Positions 1 through 7,820 of a stretch of DNA of 32,000 nucleotides are shown piece after piece. The position numbers and the translations under genes are program-made. This DNA comes from Candidatus Omnitrophota bacterium (GTDB lineage: Bacteria > Omnitrophota > Gorgyraeia > Zapsychrales > JANLHA01). The notes beneath the pieces are model-generated. The model did no database searches and was not told the origin of the DNA. It saw only the letters and a list, made by a program, of their open reading frames with translations. The stretch lies in contig OY759724.1 of assembly GCA_963662715.1 (NCBI GenBank), forward strand, positions 690,001 through 722,000, given 5' to 3'. Each line of letters starts with the position of its first letter. Within the stretch, counting starts at the first letter, position 1.

Positions 1-700
1 TCAGCCTGTAGGTTATCCACGCTACGGGAACAGCGTATAACACAAAAGGGATTTTTTCCTTCAAAACTTTCCCGCACAATCTCCTGCCGCGGAACCAATC
101 GCAAACAAGAAGCGCAAGAGGCAGACTCACCGCCATAGGCTTGGACAGCATGCCCAGGAATCCGAATAATATAGCAGCATAGTAGGGTCTTCTTTCTCCT
201 GTCCGGATAAAATTCATATACTGCACCAGAGCCAGCATATAAAAGAACGCGTACAGCACATCTTTCCGGGCGCTCATCCAGGCAACAGGTTCGACGTGTA
301 TGGGATGAAGGCCAAAAATCAGGGCAGCTGCACCGGCAGCCCTGGCGGATGCCCCCAGCTGAAGGGCGAACTTATAGACGAGACAAACCACGCCTATATG
401 AAGCAGCAGATTATCGAGATGATAGACAATCGGATTCTCTTGAAAAAAAAGATGTTCCAGGGAGAAAGACAGGATCGTTAACGGGATATATATATCGCAA
501 ACTGTACTCTTGAAGATCCGGACAATATTGCCCAGGCTGAATTGACGGGCCATTTGATTCCATTCAAAATTATTCTGATCATCCCAGACAAAATGCCCCG
601 TTAAAACCGGCCCATAAGCGGCCAGTATCAGCACAATCCCTAAAAAAAGCCGTCCCCGGCCGGGAGATAAAAAAGAAATCTTTTTCATAGAAAGACGCAT
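1..700 (-). CDS. GT-C fold membrane glycosyltransferase, TMTC/PMT_2 (GT39-like) family; N-terminal part only, gene runs off the left edge
   Basis: Absent from the ORF track because it has no stop inside the window. My own reverse-strand translation from the ATG at 698-700 stays open to base 1 (233 codons): MRLSMKKISFLSPGRGRLFLGIVLILAAYGPVLTGHFVWDDQNNFEW...YIPLTILSFSLEHLFFQENPIVYHLDNLLLH...HPIHVEPVAWMSARKDVLYAFF. The FVWDD loop, the PLT-x-LSF segment and HPxHVE-VAW are signatures of bacterial TMTC/PMT_2-type transferases. These usually carry C-terminal TPRs, which would lie beyond the edge. An alternative start is the ATG at 686-688. Confidence 0.7.
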   Translation of the reverse strand, partial: MRLSMKKISFLSPGRGRLFLGIVLILAAYGPVLTGHFVWDDQNNFEWNQMARQFSLGNIVRIFKSTVCDIYIPLTILSFSLEHLFFQENPIVYHLDNLLLHIGVVCLVYKFALQLGASARAAGAAALIFGLHPIHVEPVAWMSARKDVLYAFFYMLALVQYMNFIRTGERRPYYAAILFGFLGMLSKPMAVSLPLALLVCDWFRGRRLCGKVLKEKIPFVLYAVPVAWITYRL

Positions 701-766
701 AAAATGAATCGCAATCTGCATATGTTTATGACACGATAAACCTGTTAATATATCCCTGCCGAACGG

Positions 767-2338
767 TTATTTCTCCTGAAGCTCCGGGATGAAAAAGATG
801 ATATACTCCGTACGGAGAATAAATCTGTTTTCACTGCGAAAGATAAAGCCAAAAAGGGGCAAATCGCCCAGGAGGGGAACTTTAGACGTTTTTTCAACTT
901 CTTTTTCTCTCAACAATCCCCCCAGAATAATCACGTCCGCCCCGTCGATCGGCAGTTCCGCAGAAACCTGCGGCTGAAACGGCTTGTCTGAAGAAGCCTC
1001 CAGCGTCGGACGATTATCGGCCAGCCAGTGAAGATGCGGACTCAGCCGGACAAGATATTTCTTTTCCGGAAGGGCATTGACCAGAATTTTCATCTTCATG
1101 GCAAACCCTTCATCATCCTTAAAATCCCCGGGGACATTCATCGTGTCCCAGCCCCATTCCTTCTCACTATTTAACTGGGAGACCCCGGAAAAATCGTTCA
1201 AATCAATAAGCTGGCCCGCGGCATCTAAGGCGTCTTTTAAGACAGGAAAATCTTCCTTCGTAATTGTGCCCAGGCTCAACCGGTTCTCCTCAGGTGAGCC
1301 GTTCTGTTGATCCCCTAAAATATCAAAATTTTTATAATCGGAAACAATGGCGTCCCAGTCAATGCCCCCCTGATGTTCCTCATTCAGTTGAATTCTCGAA
1401 ACCTGGATGCGCCAACGGACTTTAATAAGTTTATCCAGGTCCTGAATCATTTGCTCAATCTCCGATATTTTCTGCGCCGTATCCGTCACGGTTACGGAAT
1501 TCGTGTCCCCGTCAAGAACAAGCTGCCCCAGATCTTCGGTGAGTGTCTTGGAGATCTTCTCCACGACAATGTCCGCCTTAACAAACTGGAATGAAAACAC
1601 CTTTGTGACCAGGGGCGGGGTATCCCAGGACCGCAGCAAAGATTGCATTTGCTTCAAGGGTTCTTCGCTGTCCATAAGAATAAGCTGCTGGTTCTTTTCA
1701 TCAGCGAAAAAATGTCCTTTAAGGCTCTTCAGCTGCACCAGATTCTTTTTCATGTCATCCACGGAACGGTATTCCAGTTTAATAACTTCAACCTGTGTTT
1801 CCGGGGCAAAAGGACGCCCCATCTTCTGTTCATACTCTTCCCGGGAAACAACACGAATGACCTGCTCCTCCTGCATATAAGCCAAGTCACTCATCAACGT
1901 CACGACGGACAATAAATTCTCAAGGGAAACATCCTTTAAGCACAAAGTGATAAACCGAGTCGGCAGGACATCAGCTTCAATATTTAAATGGCTCTTTTCT
2001 GTCAAAACTTTTATGACATCCGACAAAGGGGTCCGGGCAAAATCCACTTCGGATATGACCCGATCCCACTCGTCTTCCATTCTCTTATCTTCTTCCGGGG
2101 CAGCGGCAGGACTGACAGCGACAGCCCGCTGGACATCCAACTCTATGGTAAAAAATTCCTTCGTCTTACCCGGGGAAAGCCCCTCCTGTTCCGGAACAGT
2201 TTCGTTCATCGGGACCGGCAACGAATCGTCGGAAGAAACAATTTCATTTTTAAGCGATGGAATCCGGGCCCCGGATTCTTCCGCATACACTTCAGCCCCT
2301 AAAAAAAGGCAAACAAGAAAAAGACAAAAATATCGCAT
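767..2338 (-). CDS. Secretin family outer-membrane channel (GspD/PilQ-like)
   Basis: 523-aa ORF with a signal peptide (MRYFCLFLVCLFLGAEVYA/EE). It has an N0-like domain (TPLSDVIKVLTEKSHLNIEADVLP...VIRVVS) and the canonical C-terminal secretin motif (IILGGLLREKEVEKTSKVPLLGDLPLFGFIFRS). The plus-strand ORFs inside it are shadows. Confidence 0.85.
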   Translation of the reverse strand: MRYFCLFLVCLFLGAEVYAEESGARIPSLKNEIVSSDDSLPVPMNETVPEQEGLSPGKTKEFFTIELDVQRAVAVSPAAAPEEDKRMEDEWDRVISEVDFARTPLSDVIKVLTEKSHLNIEADVLPTRFITLCLKDVSLENLLSVVTLMSDLAYMQEEQVIRVVSREEYEQKMGRPFAPETQVEVIKLEYRSVDDMKKNLVQLKSLKGHFFADEKNQQLILMDSEEPLKQMQSLLRSWDTPPLVTKVFSFQFVKADIVVEKISKTLTEDLGQLVLDGDTNSVTVTDTAQKISEIEQMIQDLDKLIKVRWRIQVSRIQLNEEHQGGIDWDAIVSDYKNFDILGDQQNGSPEENRLSLGTITKEDFPVLKDALDAAGQLIDLNDFSGVSQLNSEKEWGWDTMNVPGDFKDDEGFAMKMKILVNALPEKKYLVRLSPHLHWLADNRPTLEASSDKPFQPQVSAELPIDGADVIILGGLLREKEVEKTSKVPLLGDLPLFGFIFRSENRFILRTEYIIFFIPELQEK

Positions 2339-2469
2339 AGTTATTAATAAAACCTTTACCTTTTTAGCCCTGCCATAAAACTCATGCTTTGTGCGTCTGC
2401 AGAGCGTTGTTGAGAGGCCTTCCCGCCTCCGATGGGTTTTCCTGGCTCAGAGAGCCCCCCCAAAAATGT

Positions 2470-3807
2470 TTATTCTTTCAAATCAGATTTAAACTTATCC
2501 AGTTGTTGCCGCGAATAAACATTGTCAGGGTATTCCCTCACCAAACCTTCTTCAATATCAATGGCTTCCTGTATCCGCCCCATTTTGTAAAGGACCTCGG
2601 CTTTGGTATCTAAAAAAGCAAAATTATCCGGATCCAAAGTCAGGGCCTTATTTATCAATTCAAGCGCACGGGGCAAATGGATGTCATTTTCAGCATAAAT
2701 CCAGGCCAAATCATTATAAGGCCCCGGAGATGAAGGTTGATGGTTAATGCTTTTAAGCAACAGCGTTTCTTTACCCTTGAAGTCAAGCTCGTGATACTGT
2801 TGTTGAAATTCAAAATAAGTCGGATTACTCATCGCAAAAATGACAATAGAAATAAAGGTCATGCCGCCGTTGTAAACATAATGCATAATAATCCCCGGGA
2901 TAGCCGATCCCGTACGCATTCTCTGTAAAGTCAGGATCAAACCCAGGACGGCCACCACCAATATGGCCAGCCAATCCCCCCAATATTGTTCAACGTGCAG
3001 CAAGGCAAAGAGGCATGGAATGATAATGATCGCCGCCTTTTTTCCTTTGATCTTCTCCAGGATATAATAAAAATACCCCCGGAAAAGAATCTCCTCCAGG
3101 AAAGGCGCCATAAAAACCGCAACAATCATCAACGCCGGGAAGACCCACATGGCCGTTGTTGATTCAGCAAGCTGGCTGAGCGGAGTGGCCGGCTGGGTTT
3201 CCCGCGAATAAATAATCCAGCTGGAAATCCCCGCCATGCAGGCACCGGCCAAAAACGGCACGACGGTCAATTTCCACCAAGAAAGATTATGCCGCTTAAG
3301 CCCGAGTATTTCCAGGAACGATATGGACGTATACTTATGCACGGAACGCCGGATAATCCATAAAAGAACAAGCGGGGAGGCGGCAGAAATAACCACAACT
3401 TCCCCCAGTTCGGATTGCAGCGGCGGGTAAAGGCTGTAAAGGATCTTAAGCCCCAACGTAAACAGGGACATCCATACAGACCATATCAGGATTGATCCCA
3501 AAAGGTCCACGGACAGGGAAAGACGAAGCCCAAGGACCTCCGGGTCCTTTCTTTCCCCGGGCAAATGTCTTGTAAAGCCATACCGTTTAACCAAATAAAC
3601 CGGAAGGACAAAAAAGAAGCAATACGTTGAAAGCTGTGCCCACTGCTGAGAAAAAACGAATGCGATCAGAAGTAAGAATCCGTACACGGCCACAGGCCAG
3701 GTCAGGGTCTGAAAATATTTTTTATACAGGGCAGGATCTTGTCTCCTGATAACGAAAGAATCAAGATAAAGGAACCCAAAAACAATTAATAATAAAACCG
3801 GAGACAT
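2470..3807 (-). CDS. CPBP family intramembrane glutamic endopeptidase (CAAX protease/Abi type) fused to C-terminal TPR repeats
   Basis: 445-aa polytopic ORF with all three CPBP motifs: EEILFR (APFLEEILFRGYF), FALLH (CLFALLHVEQY) and HYVYN. The C-terminal 100 aa are TPR-like (NDLAWIYAENDIHLPRALELINKALTLDPDNFAFLDTKAEVLYKMGRIQEAI). RBS AAAGGAAG lies 5-6 nt upstream of the ATG at 3807. Confidence 0.8.
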   Translation of the reverse strand: MSPVLLLIVFGFLYLDSFVIRRQDPALYKKYFQTLTWPVAVYGFLLLIAFVFSQQWAQLSTYCFFFVLPVYLVKRYGFTRHLPGERKDPEVLGLRLSLSVDLLGSILIWSVWMSLFTLGLKILYSLYPPLQSELGEVVVISAASPLVLLWIIRRSVHKYTSISFLEILGLKRHNLSWWKLTVVPFLAGACMAGISSWIIYSRETQPATPLSQLAESTTAMWVFPALMIVAVFMAPFLEEILFRGYFYYILEKIKGKKAAIIIIPCLFALLHVEQYWGDWLAILVVAVLGLILTLQRMRTGSAIPGIIMHYVYNGGMTFISIVIFAMSNPTYFEFQQQYHELDFKGKETLLLKSINHQPSSPGPYNDLAWIYAENDIHLPRALELINKALTLDPDNFAFLDTKAEVLYKMGRIQEAIDIEEGLVREYPDNVYSRQQLDKFKSDLKE

Positions 3808-3925
3808 TACAACTTCCTTTCAGCATCCCCTCAATCTCACAAGGCCACAGCGGTAGACAGAATAACAGATTCATACACATAAAATAAAGGACCGGATAAT
3901 TCTTACGAGGCAGGAAGATTGAGCT

Positions 3926-4282
3926 TTAATTTCCTGGCATTGCATCGTCAACAACAACCCTTAAACGACCGTCAGGGTAATAAAATTTCGTAACGCCACT
4001 CTTTCTTGTCCAGACACTGGCCTTCCGTCCGTTCTCATGATAATTTAATTTGCGAAGCACTTCCCCGTTCTTATAAACATAATCCAATTTCACCTGGCCA
4101 TTACGGTAATAAGCCTTCTTCCGGACGATCAGGTCGTCCCGGAACTTAACATAGAGCCGAAGGTTACCATTATCATAATACTCCTTTTCGACATAATTCC
4201 CTTGGGGATGTTTGGCAAAAGCCATAGGAGCGTTATAAATAATATTAGTAAGTATTAAAGTTAATATTAGTAATTTTTTCAT
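3926..4282 (-). CDS. Small exported MORN-variant repeat protein (YwqK-like repeats)
   Basis: 118 aa with a signal peptide (MKKLLILTLILTNIIYNAPMAFA). It is followed by repeated YY-x-NG-x-(L/V)K/R units (EYYDNGNLRLYV, AYYRNGQVKLDY, VYKNGEVLRKLN, YHENGRKASVW, FYYPDGRLRVV). RBS AAGGGG lies 7 nt upstream of the ATG. Confidence 0.6.
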   Translation of the reverse strand: MKKLLILTLILTNIIYNAPMAFAKHPQGNYVEKEYYDNGNLRLYVKFRDDLIVRKKAYYRNGQVKLDYVYKNGEVLRKLNYHENGRKASVWTRKSGVTKFYYPDGRLRVVVDDAMPGN

Positions 4283-4306
4283 TTATACCCCTTTTTCTTT
4301 TTTTAT

Positions 4307-4334
4307 ATTATAAAACATTATTACCTTTTGGCAA
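4307..4334 (-). promoter_or_regulatory. Candidate sigma70-type promoter for the MORN-repeat gene (TTGCCA-16 nt-TATAAT on the minus strand)
   Basis: The reverse complement reads TTGCCA (4329-4334), a 16-nt spacer, then TATAAT (4307-4312). This is about 25 nt upstream of the ATG at 4282. Sequence match only. Confidence 0.35.
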
Positions 4335-4459
4335 ATACCTTCACACAATCCTCACATTTTTTCAAAATTGCCACATTTTCCCCTAAAATAGGGCCCCCTC
4401 CCGCTCCCGGGGAACGGCCTTACTTAATCCCTGCCCTTTCAACACAATAGAAATGAAGT

Positions 4460-5260
4460 CTACTCTGAATTTCCCATAGGAGAAACAAGAGGATTCATTT
4501 CAGGGCAAAAGTCGGTTAAAGTTTGTTTTAATATCTCCACCTTTCGTTTTAATATCGCATCATTCTTTATCCACTTATGGACGATGCGGTTTTGATTCTC
4601 TACCATAAGAGACGCAAATATTTCGGCCCGGTCCTCGTCCGGACTTTTCATGGAATAATCAGTCACAAACCCCGGAATGGAAGGCGCGTAATAATTTAAC
4701 GGGTTAGCGGAGCGTTGACGGGGCCGGGGATATTCATATTGAAATCCCGGAACATTCATACTCCCCCACAGGTCTCCTGCCCAGGAAAAGCCTGCTTGGT
4801 TTTCAAGCATATGATACAATTCATGATGAATGTTATGCCGTTGTTTTATTTTATTTCCCCGGTTTCGCAGGAAATCAAGCATGATAAAATCATGACCTAT
4901 CTGATAAAGCCCTTCCGTAGGAGAATTTTCATAAAATTGCCTCTTAACTAAAAAAACACACTTTAAACGGATTTCTTTAAAAAAACAATCCGGATACCTC
5001 CCCAGTTCTTCTTTAAGAAGCAACAGAAAGGCATGGACGTCTTTGGCATCTTCCGGGCCGGGAGGAGCGACAACAATCTTCGTCTCCGGGACAGCCGGGA
5101 GTTCCGTCAAAATAACCCGGGCCCCGAAATCCTGCTGAATTCCGGCGATAAGCTGTTCAATATCGGAAAGGCTTTGCGCGGCGAGGAAGGATGAAGACAT
5201 AACAAGCAGGCTGAGAAAAAAACAGCAGAATACAGCAATCCTAAAATGTCTCTTTTTCAC
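4460..5260 (-). CDS. Exported protein with HExxH zinc-metallopeptidase-like motif
   Basis: 266 aa with a signal peptide (CCFFLSLLVMSSSFLAAQS) and a single HExxH (NIHHELYHML). A downstream acidic segment (SPDEDRAEIFASLM) could supply the third ligand. The GTG start overlaps the stop of the upstream gene (GTGA, 5257-5260). Family not recognised. Confidence 0.5.
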   Translation of the reverse strand: MKKRHFRIAVFCCFFLSLLVMSSSFLAAQSLSDIEQLIAGIQQDFGARVILTELPAVPETKIVVAPPGPEDAKDVHAFLLLLKEELGRYPDCFFKEIRLKCVFLVKRQFYENSPTEGLYQIGHDFIMLDFLRNRGNKIKQRHNIHHELYHMLENQAGFSWAGDLWGSMNVPGFQYEYPRPRQRSANPLNYYAPSIPGFVTDYSMKSPDEDRAEIFASLMVENQNRIVHKWIKNDAILKRKVEILKQTLTDFCPEMNPLVSPMGNSE

Positions 5261-5781
5261 TTTTTATCCGTGAGCAGTAATTCTTCCCGCAAATGAGGCC
5301 TTTTGAGCCGGAAAAGCAAATAAGCAAATACCGTGACAGGCACGATGGATATGAAACCCCATTCGAGAATCGAGAAAAAAGAATATACAAGCAATCCCGC
5401 GATGATAAAAGACGACAAGCGATAGGCCCAGATGCGTTTATTTTTCAAATAAACAGAACAGACGACCAGGCTGAAGGAAAGGAACGCAATAATGAAAACA
5501 GTAAAGCCGTCGGGTTCGACCAACAAAATATTATATCCGGGCTTTGTATTTAAATATTGCAGGACGGGGATCGAGAGGAAGAAAATGGACAAAATCACAT
5601 AATATCCTAATAACCCCACAATCTGAATTTCCTTGGCGACCAGGTCCAGTTCACTGAAATATTTTCCTTTGAACTGCTCCCGGCGTTTCATAACCAGGTG
5701 AAAAACCAAAAAAAACGGAATAATGTTGATCAGAAACATCCGGCACATTAATTCAATGTAGACCCAGTCTATGGAGGACAT
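5257..5781 (-). CDS. Hypothetical integral membrane protein (about 5 TM segments)
   Basis: 174-aa hydrophobic ORF. RBS TAGGAG lies 7 nt upstream of the ATG at 5781. It has a 4-nt overlap with the downstream HExxH gene. Confidence 0.6.
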   Translation of the reverse strand: MSSIDWVYIELMCRMFLINIIPFFLVFHLVMKRREQFKGKYFSELDLVAKEIQIVGLLGYYVILSIFFLSIPVLQYLNTKPGYNILLVEPDGFTVFIIAFLSFSLVVCSVYLKNKRIWAYRLSSFIIAGLLVYSFFSILEWGFISIVPVTVFAYLLFRLKRPHLREELLLTDKK

Positions 5782-6012
5782 TCGTTTGCTCCTACATTAA
5801 AATGATTTTTATACGGCCTGACTTTACCCTGAGTCAGGCGCCATCAGATAGTTTACACTAATCGTCCCGATAGTGATAACCATTTTCTTTGTTTGCAAAA
5901 ATATCCTTATAAACGCTTTTCTTAATTTTCACGCTCAGCCCCTGAAATAATATGAACAAATCATCCCTTCAGGTGATGCGAGACAATCAGCTTTCCAAAC
6001 ACATGACAAACA

Positions 6013-7566
6013 TTATAAATCTATCGTATACCCGTCATTATCATTAAGATAGGGGTAACCGTGACGGTAATTTTTATGATCCAGTTCGATCAGGATTCCT
6101 TTTAATTCCTGAGGGGCAGCGTTTTCCTGCAAAGCGACCCCACGCCCCTTGTATCGCCAGATGCGATATATTCTTTCTTTTAAAAAAGGCCCAGAATAGA
6201 TCGGTTTATTATACGGGTCAAAGCGGCATTCCTGCCCAAGGAATAAAAGTTTTATCCGGGAAGGATGATAAGGATAATAATGGTACTTCTTATATATATT
6301 ATTAGTTTCAATGAAAACAAAACAAAGATTCATTTGAATAAAAAACAGGCAGGCAAAAACAACAGCTTTATTCAACCGGGATAAGAATAATAAACGTGCC
6401 AAGAATATGGCAAAAAATACAGACCAATATGTTCCGTACCAATAAGGCCCCCAGATAACATTGGAAACAGTCATAAACAAATTATGAAACAATATCAGCA
6501 TTGACAATCCGAAAGCCCATAGGATAAGTTCGATATGGATCGTGCTGTCCCGGGGAATCCGTCTTTGCTGATAAAATGCGCGGACGACAAGGACCGACAG
6601 CGTTATGACACATAAACAGTTCACCGCCCCTAACAACTTAAACCATACCAGACTGTTGGGAGAGATTTTGACGATCCCCAGCGTATCAAAAATTAATAAT
6701 GCTGCGTTTCGGGACAAATTTTGAATAAACACGCTGAAGGTTCTTTCATGAAATAATCCTTCGATCTTGCCGTATCCTTGAATCGGATCAAAACAGCCGG
6801 CGGAGTTTGTCATCATCGGCAGAAACTTTGTATACAACAACAAAGCCAGCACTGGGATTAACAGGAACCCCGTGAGCCTCACCCTATCCGTCAGTAAATA
6901 CGGAAAAAATAACACAACAGCAGGGTAAATGAGAAGTGCTGTTTCGTCCCAGAAGAAACTTATGAGCATCAACATGAGGAACCCGGCGAAACGCCAAGAG
7001 GGGAACGAACGGCTTTTGTCACAATGGGGTGGTGATGATTTGCATAGCGTTGAGGCATAAAACAGGCACAGGATGATGGAAAAATTCGTCATGGCTTTCG
7101 CTGGACGAAAAAGCATGACAACAAGCGACAAGAAGCCGGGGGACAGCAAATAAAAAGCGACAGCAGCTAAAGCGGTATTGGCGTCTATTTTTATGTTTCG
7201 AAGAAACCGGAACATAAAAATGGGGGATAATATTAAAGAAAATATCCATGTCAAGGATAAGCTGGGGTGCGGAGCGACGGCTTGCCATAACCAAACACGA
7301 AACTTGGTATCGATAATTTCAAAATAGGAAGATAGCGGCCTGGATATCCGGGGTGCATATTCGAAAACATTCCAGTTTAAGCCAAGCTGAAAATCCTGCA
7401 GGCTGAGATCTTTTCCTTGGTCCAATATCTGGCTTTTTATCCAGAATTGCTCAGGATGCATCCAGACATGATCATAAGACAACAAAAGGAACGCAATAAA
7501 TACGTAGGCAAAAGAAAGCAAAAGCGCGGCAGGGTAATTTCGAATAAATTGAAGGAACGCTCGCAT
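6013..7566 (-). CDS. Polytopic membrane protein, GT-C-like (putative glycosyltransferase) with C-terminal soluble domain
   Basis: 517 aa with more than 10 predicted TM segments. The first loop (YDHVW...EYAPRISRPLSSYFEIIDTKF...) resembles the DD-loop/RPL segment of the 1-700 and 7821-9545 proteins. The family assignment is an inference from topology and this motif. Confidence 0.55.
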   Translation of the reverse strand: MRAFLQFIRNYPAALLLSFAYVFIAFLLLSYDHVWMHPEQFWIKSQILDQGKDLSLQDFQLGLNWNVFEYAPRISRPLSSYFEIIDTKFRVWLWQAVAPHPSLSLTWIFSLILSPIFMFRFLRNIKIDANTALAAVAFYLLSPGFLSLVVMLFRPAKAMTNFSIILCLFYASTLCKSSPPHCDKSRSFPSWRFAGFLMLMLISFFWDETALLIYPAVVLFFPYLLTDRVRLTGFLLIPVLALLLYTKFLPMMTNSAGCFDPIQGYGKIEGLFHERTFSVFIQNLSRNAALLIFDTLGIVKISPNSLVWFKLLGAVNCLCVITLSVLVVRAFYQQRRIPRDSTIHIELILWAFGLSMLILFHNLFMTVSNVIWGPYWYGTYWSVFFAIFLARLLFLSRLNKAVVFACLFFIQMNLCFVFIETNNIYKKYHYYPYHPSRIKLLFLGQECRFDPYNKPIYSGPFLKERIYRIWRYKGRGVALQENAAPQELKGILIELDHKNYRHGYPYLNDNDGYTIDL

Positions 7567-7820
7567 GTATGTTGGCTTAAATTTTATAAATTAAATTTTT
7601 TATTTAATAGTCTAGCAGTAAACGTCTGAAATGTCCGGGATAAAAAAGGCGCAAAAGAACGGGGCAAAAATGCCGGGCTCATCAAAAAAAGGCAAACATA
7701 TGGACAAAACTTCCTGATAAGAGTATCTTAAACATAAGAAAATTCAATCGCACTGTTCATGTTTCTCAAAGGAGTTTCCCGGGAAACGACCTCCATAAAC
7801 CTAAAGGGTTGTTTATAGTT

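Noticed and set aside
296-481. 61-aa plus-strand ORF
   Set aside because: It lies antisense within the TMTC/PMT_2-like gene that I translated by hand on the minus strand, and has no independent support.
789-2378. Seven plus-strand ORFs of 62-143 aa (789-977, 1077-1310, 1373-1594, 1503-1880, 1643-1915, 1947-2378, 1988-2302)
   Set aside because: All lie antisense inside the well-supported secretin gene. They have no RBS and give low-complexity translations, so they are shadow ORFs.
7019-7294. 91-aa minus-strand ORF
   Set aside because: It lies inside the 6013-7566 gene in a different frame.
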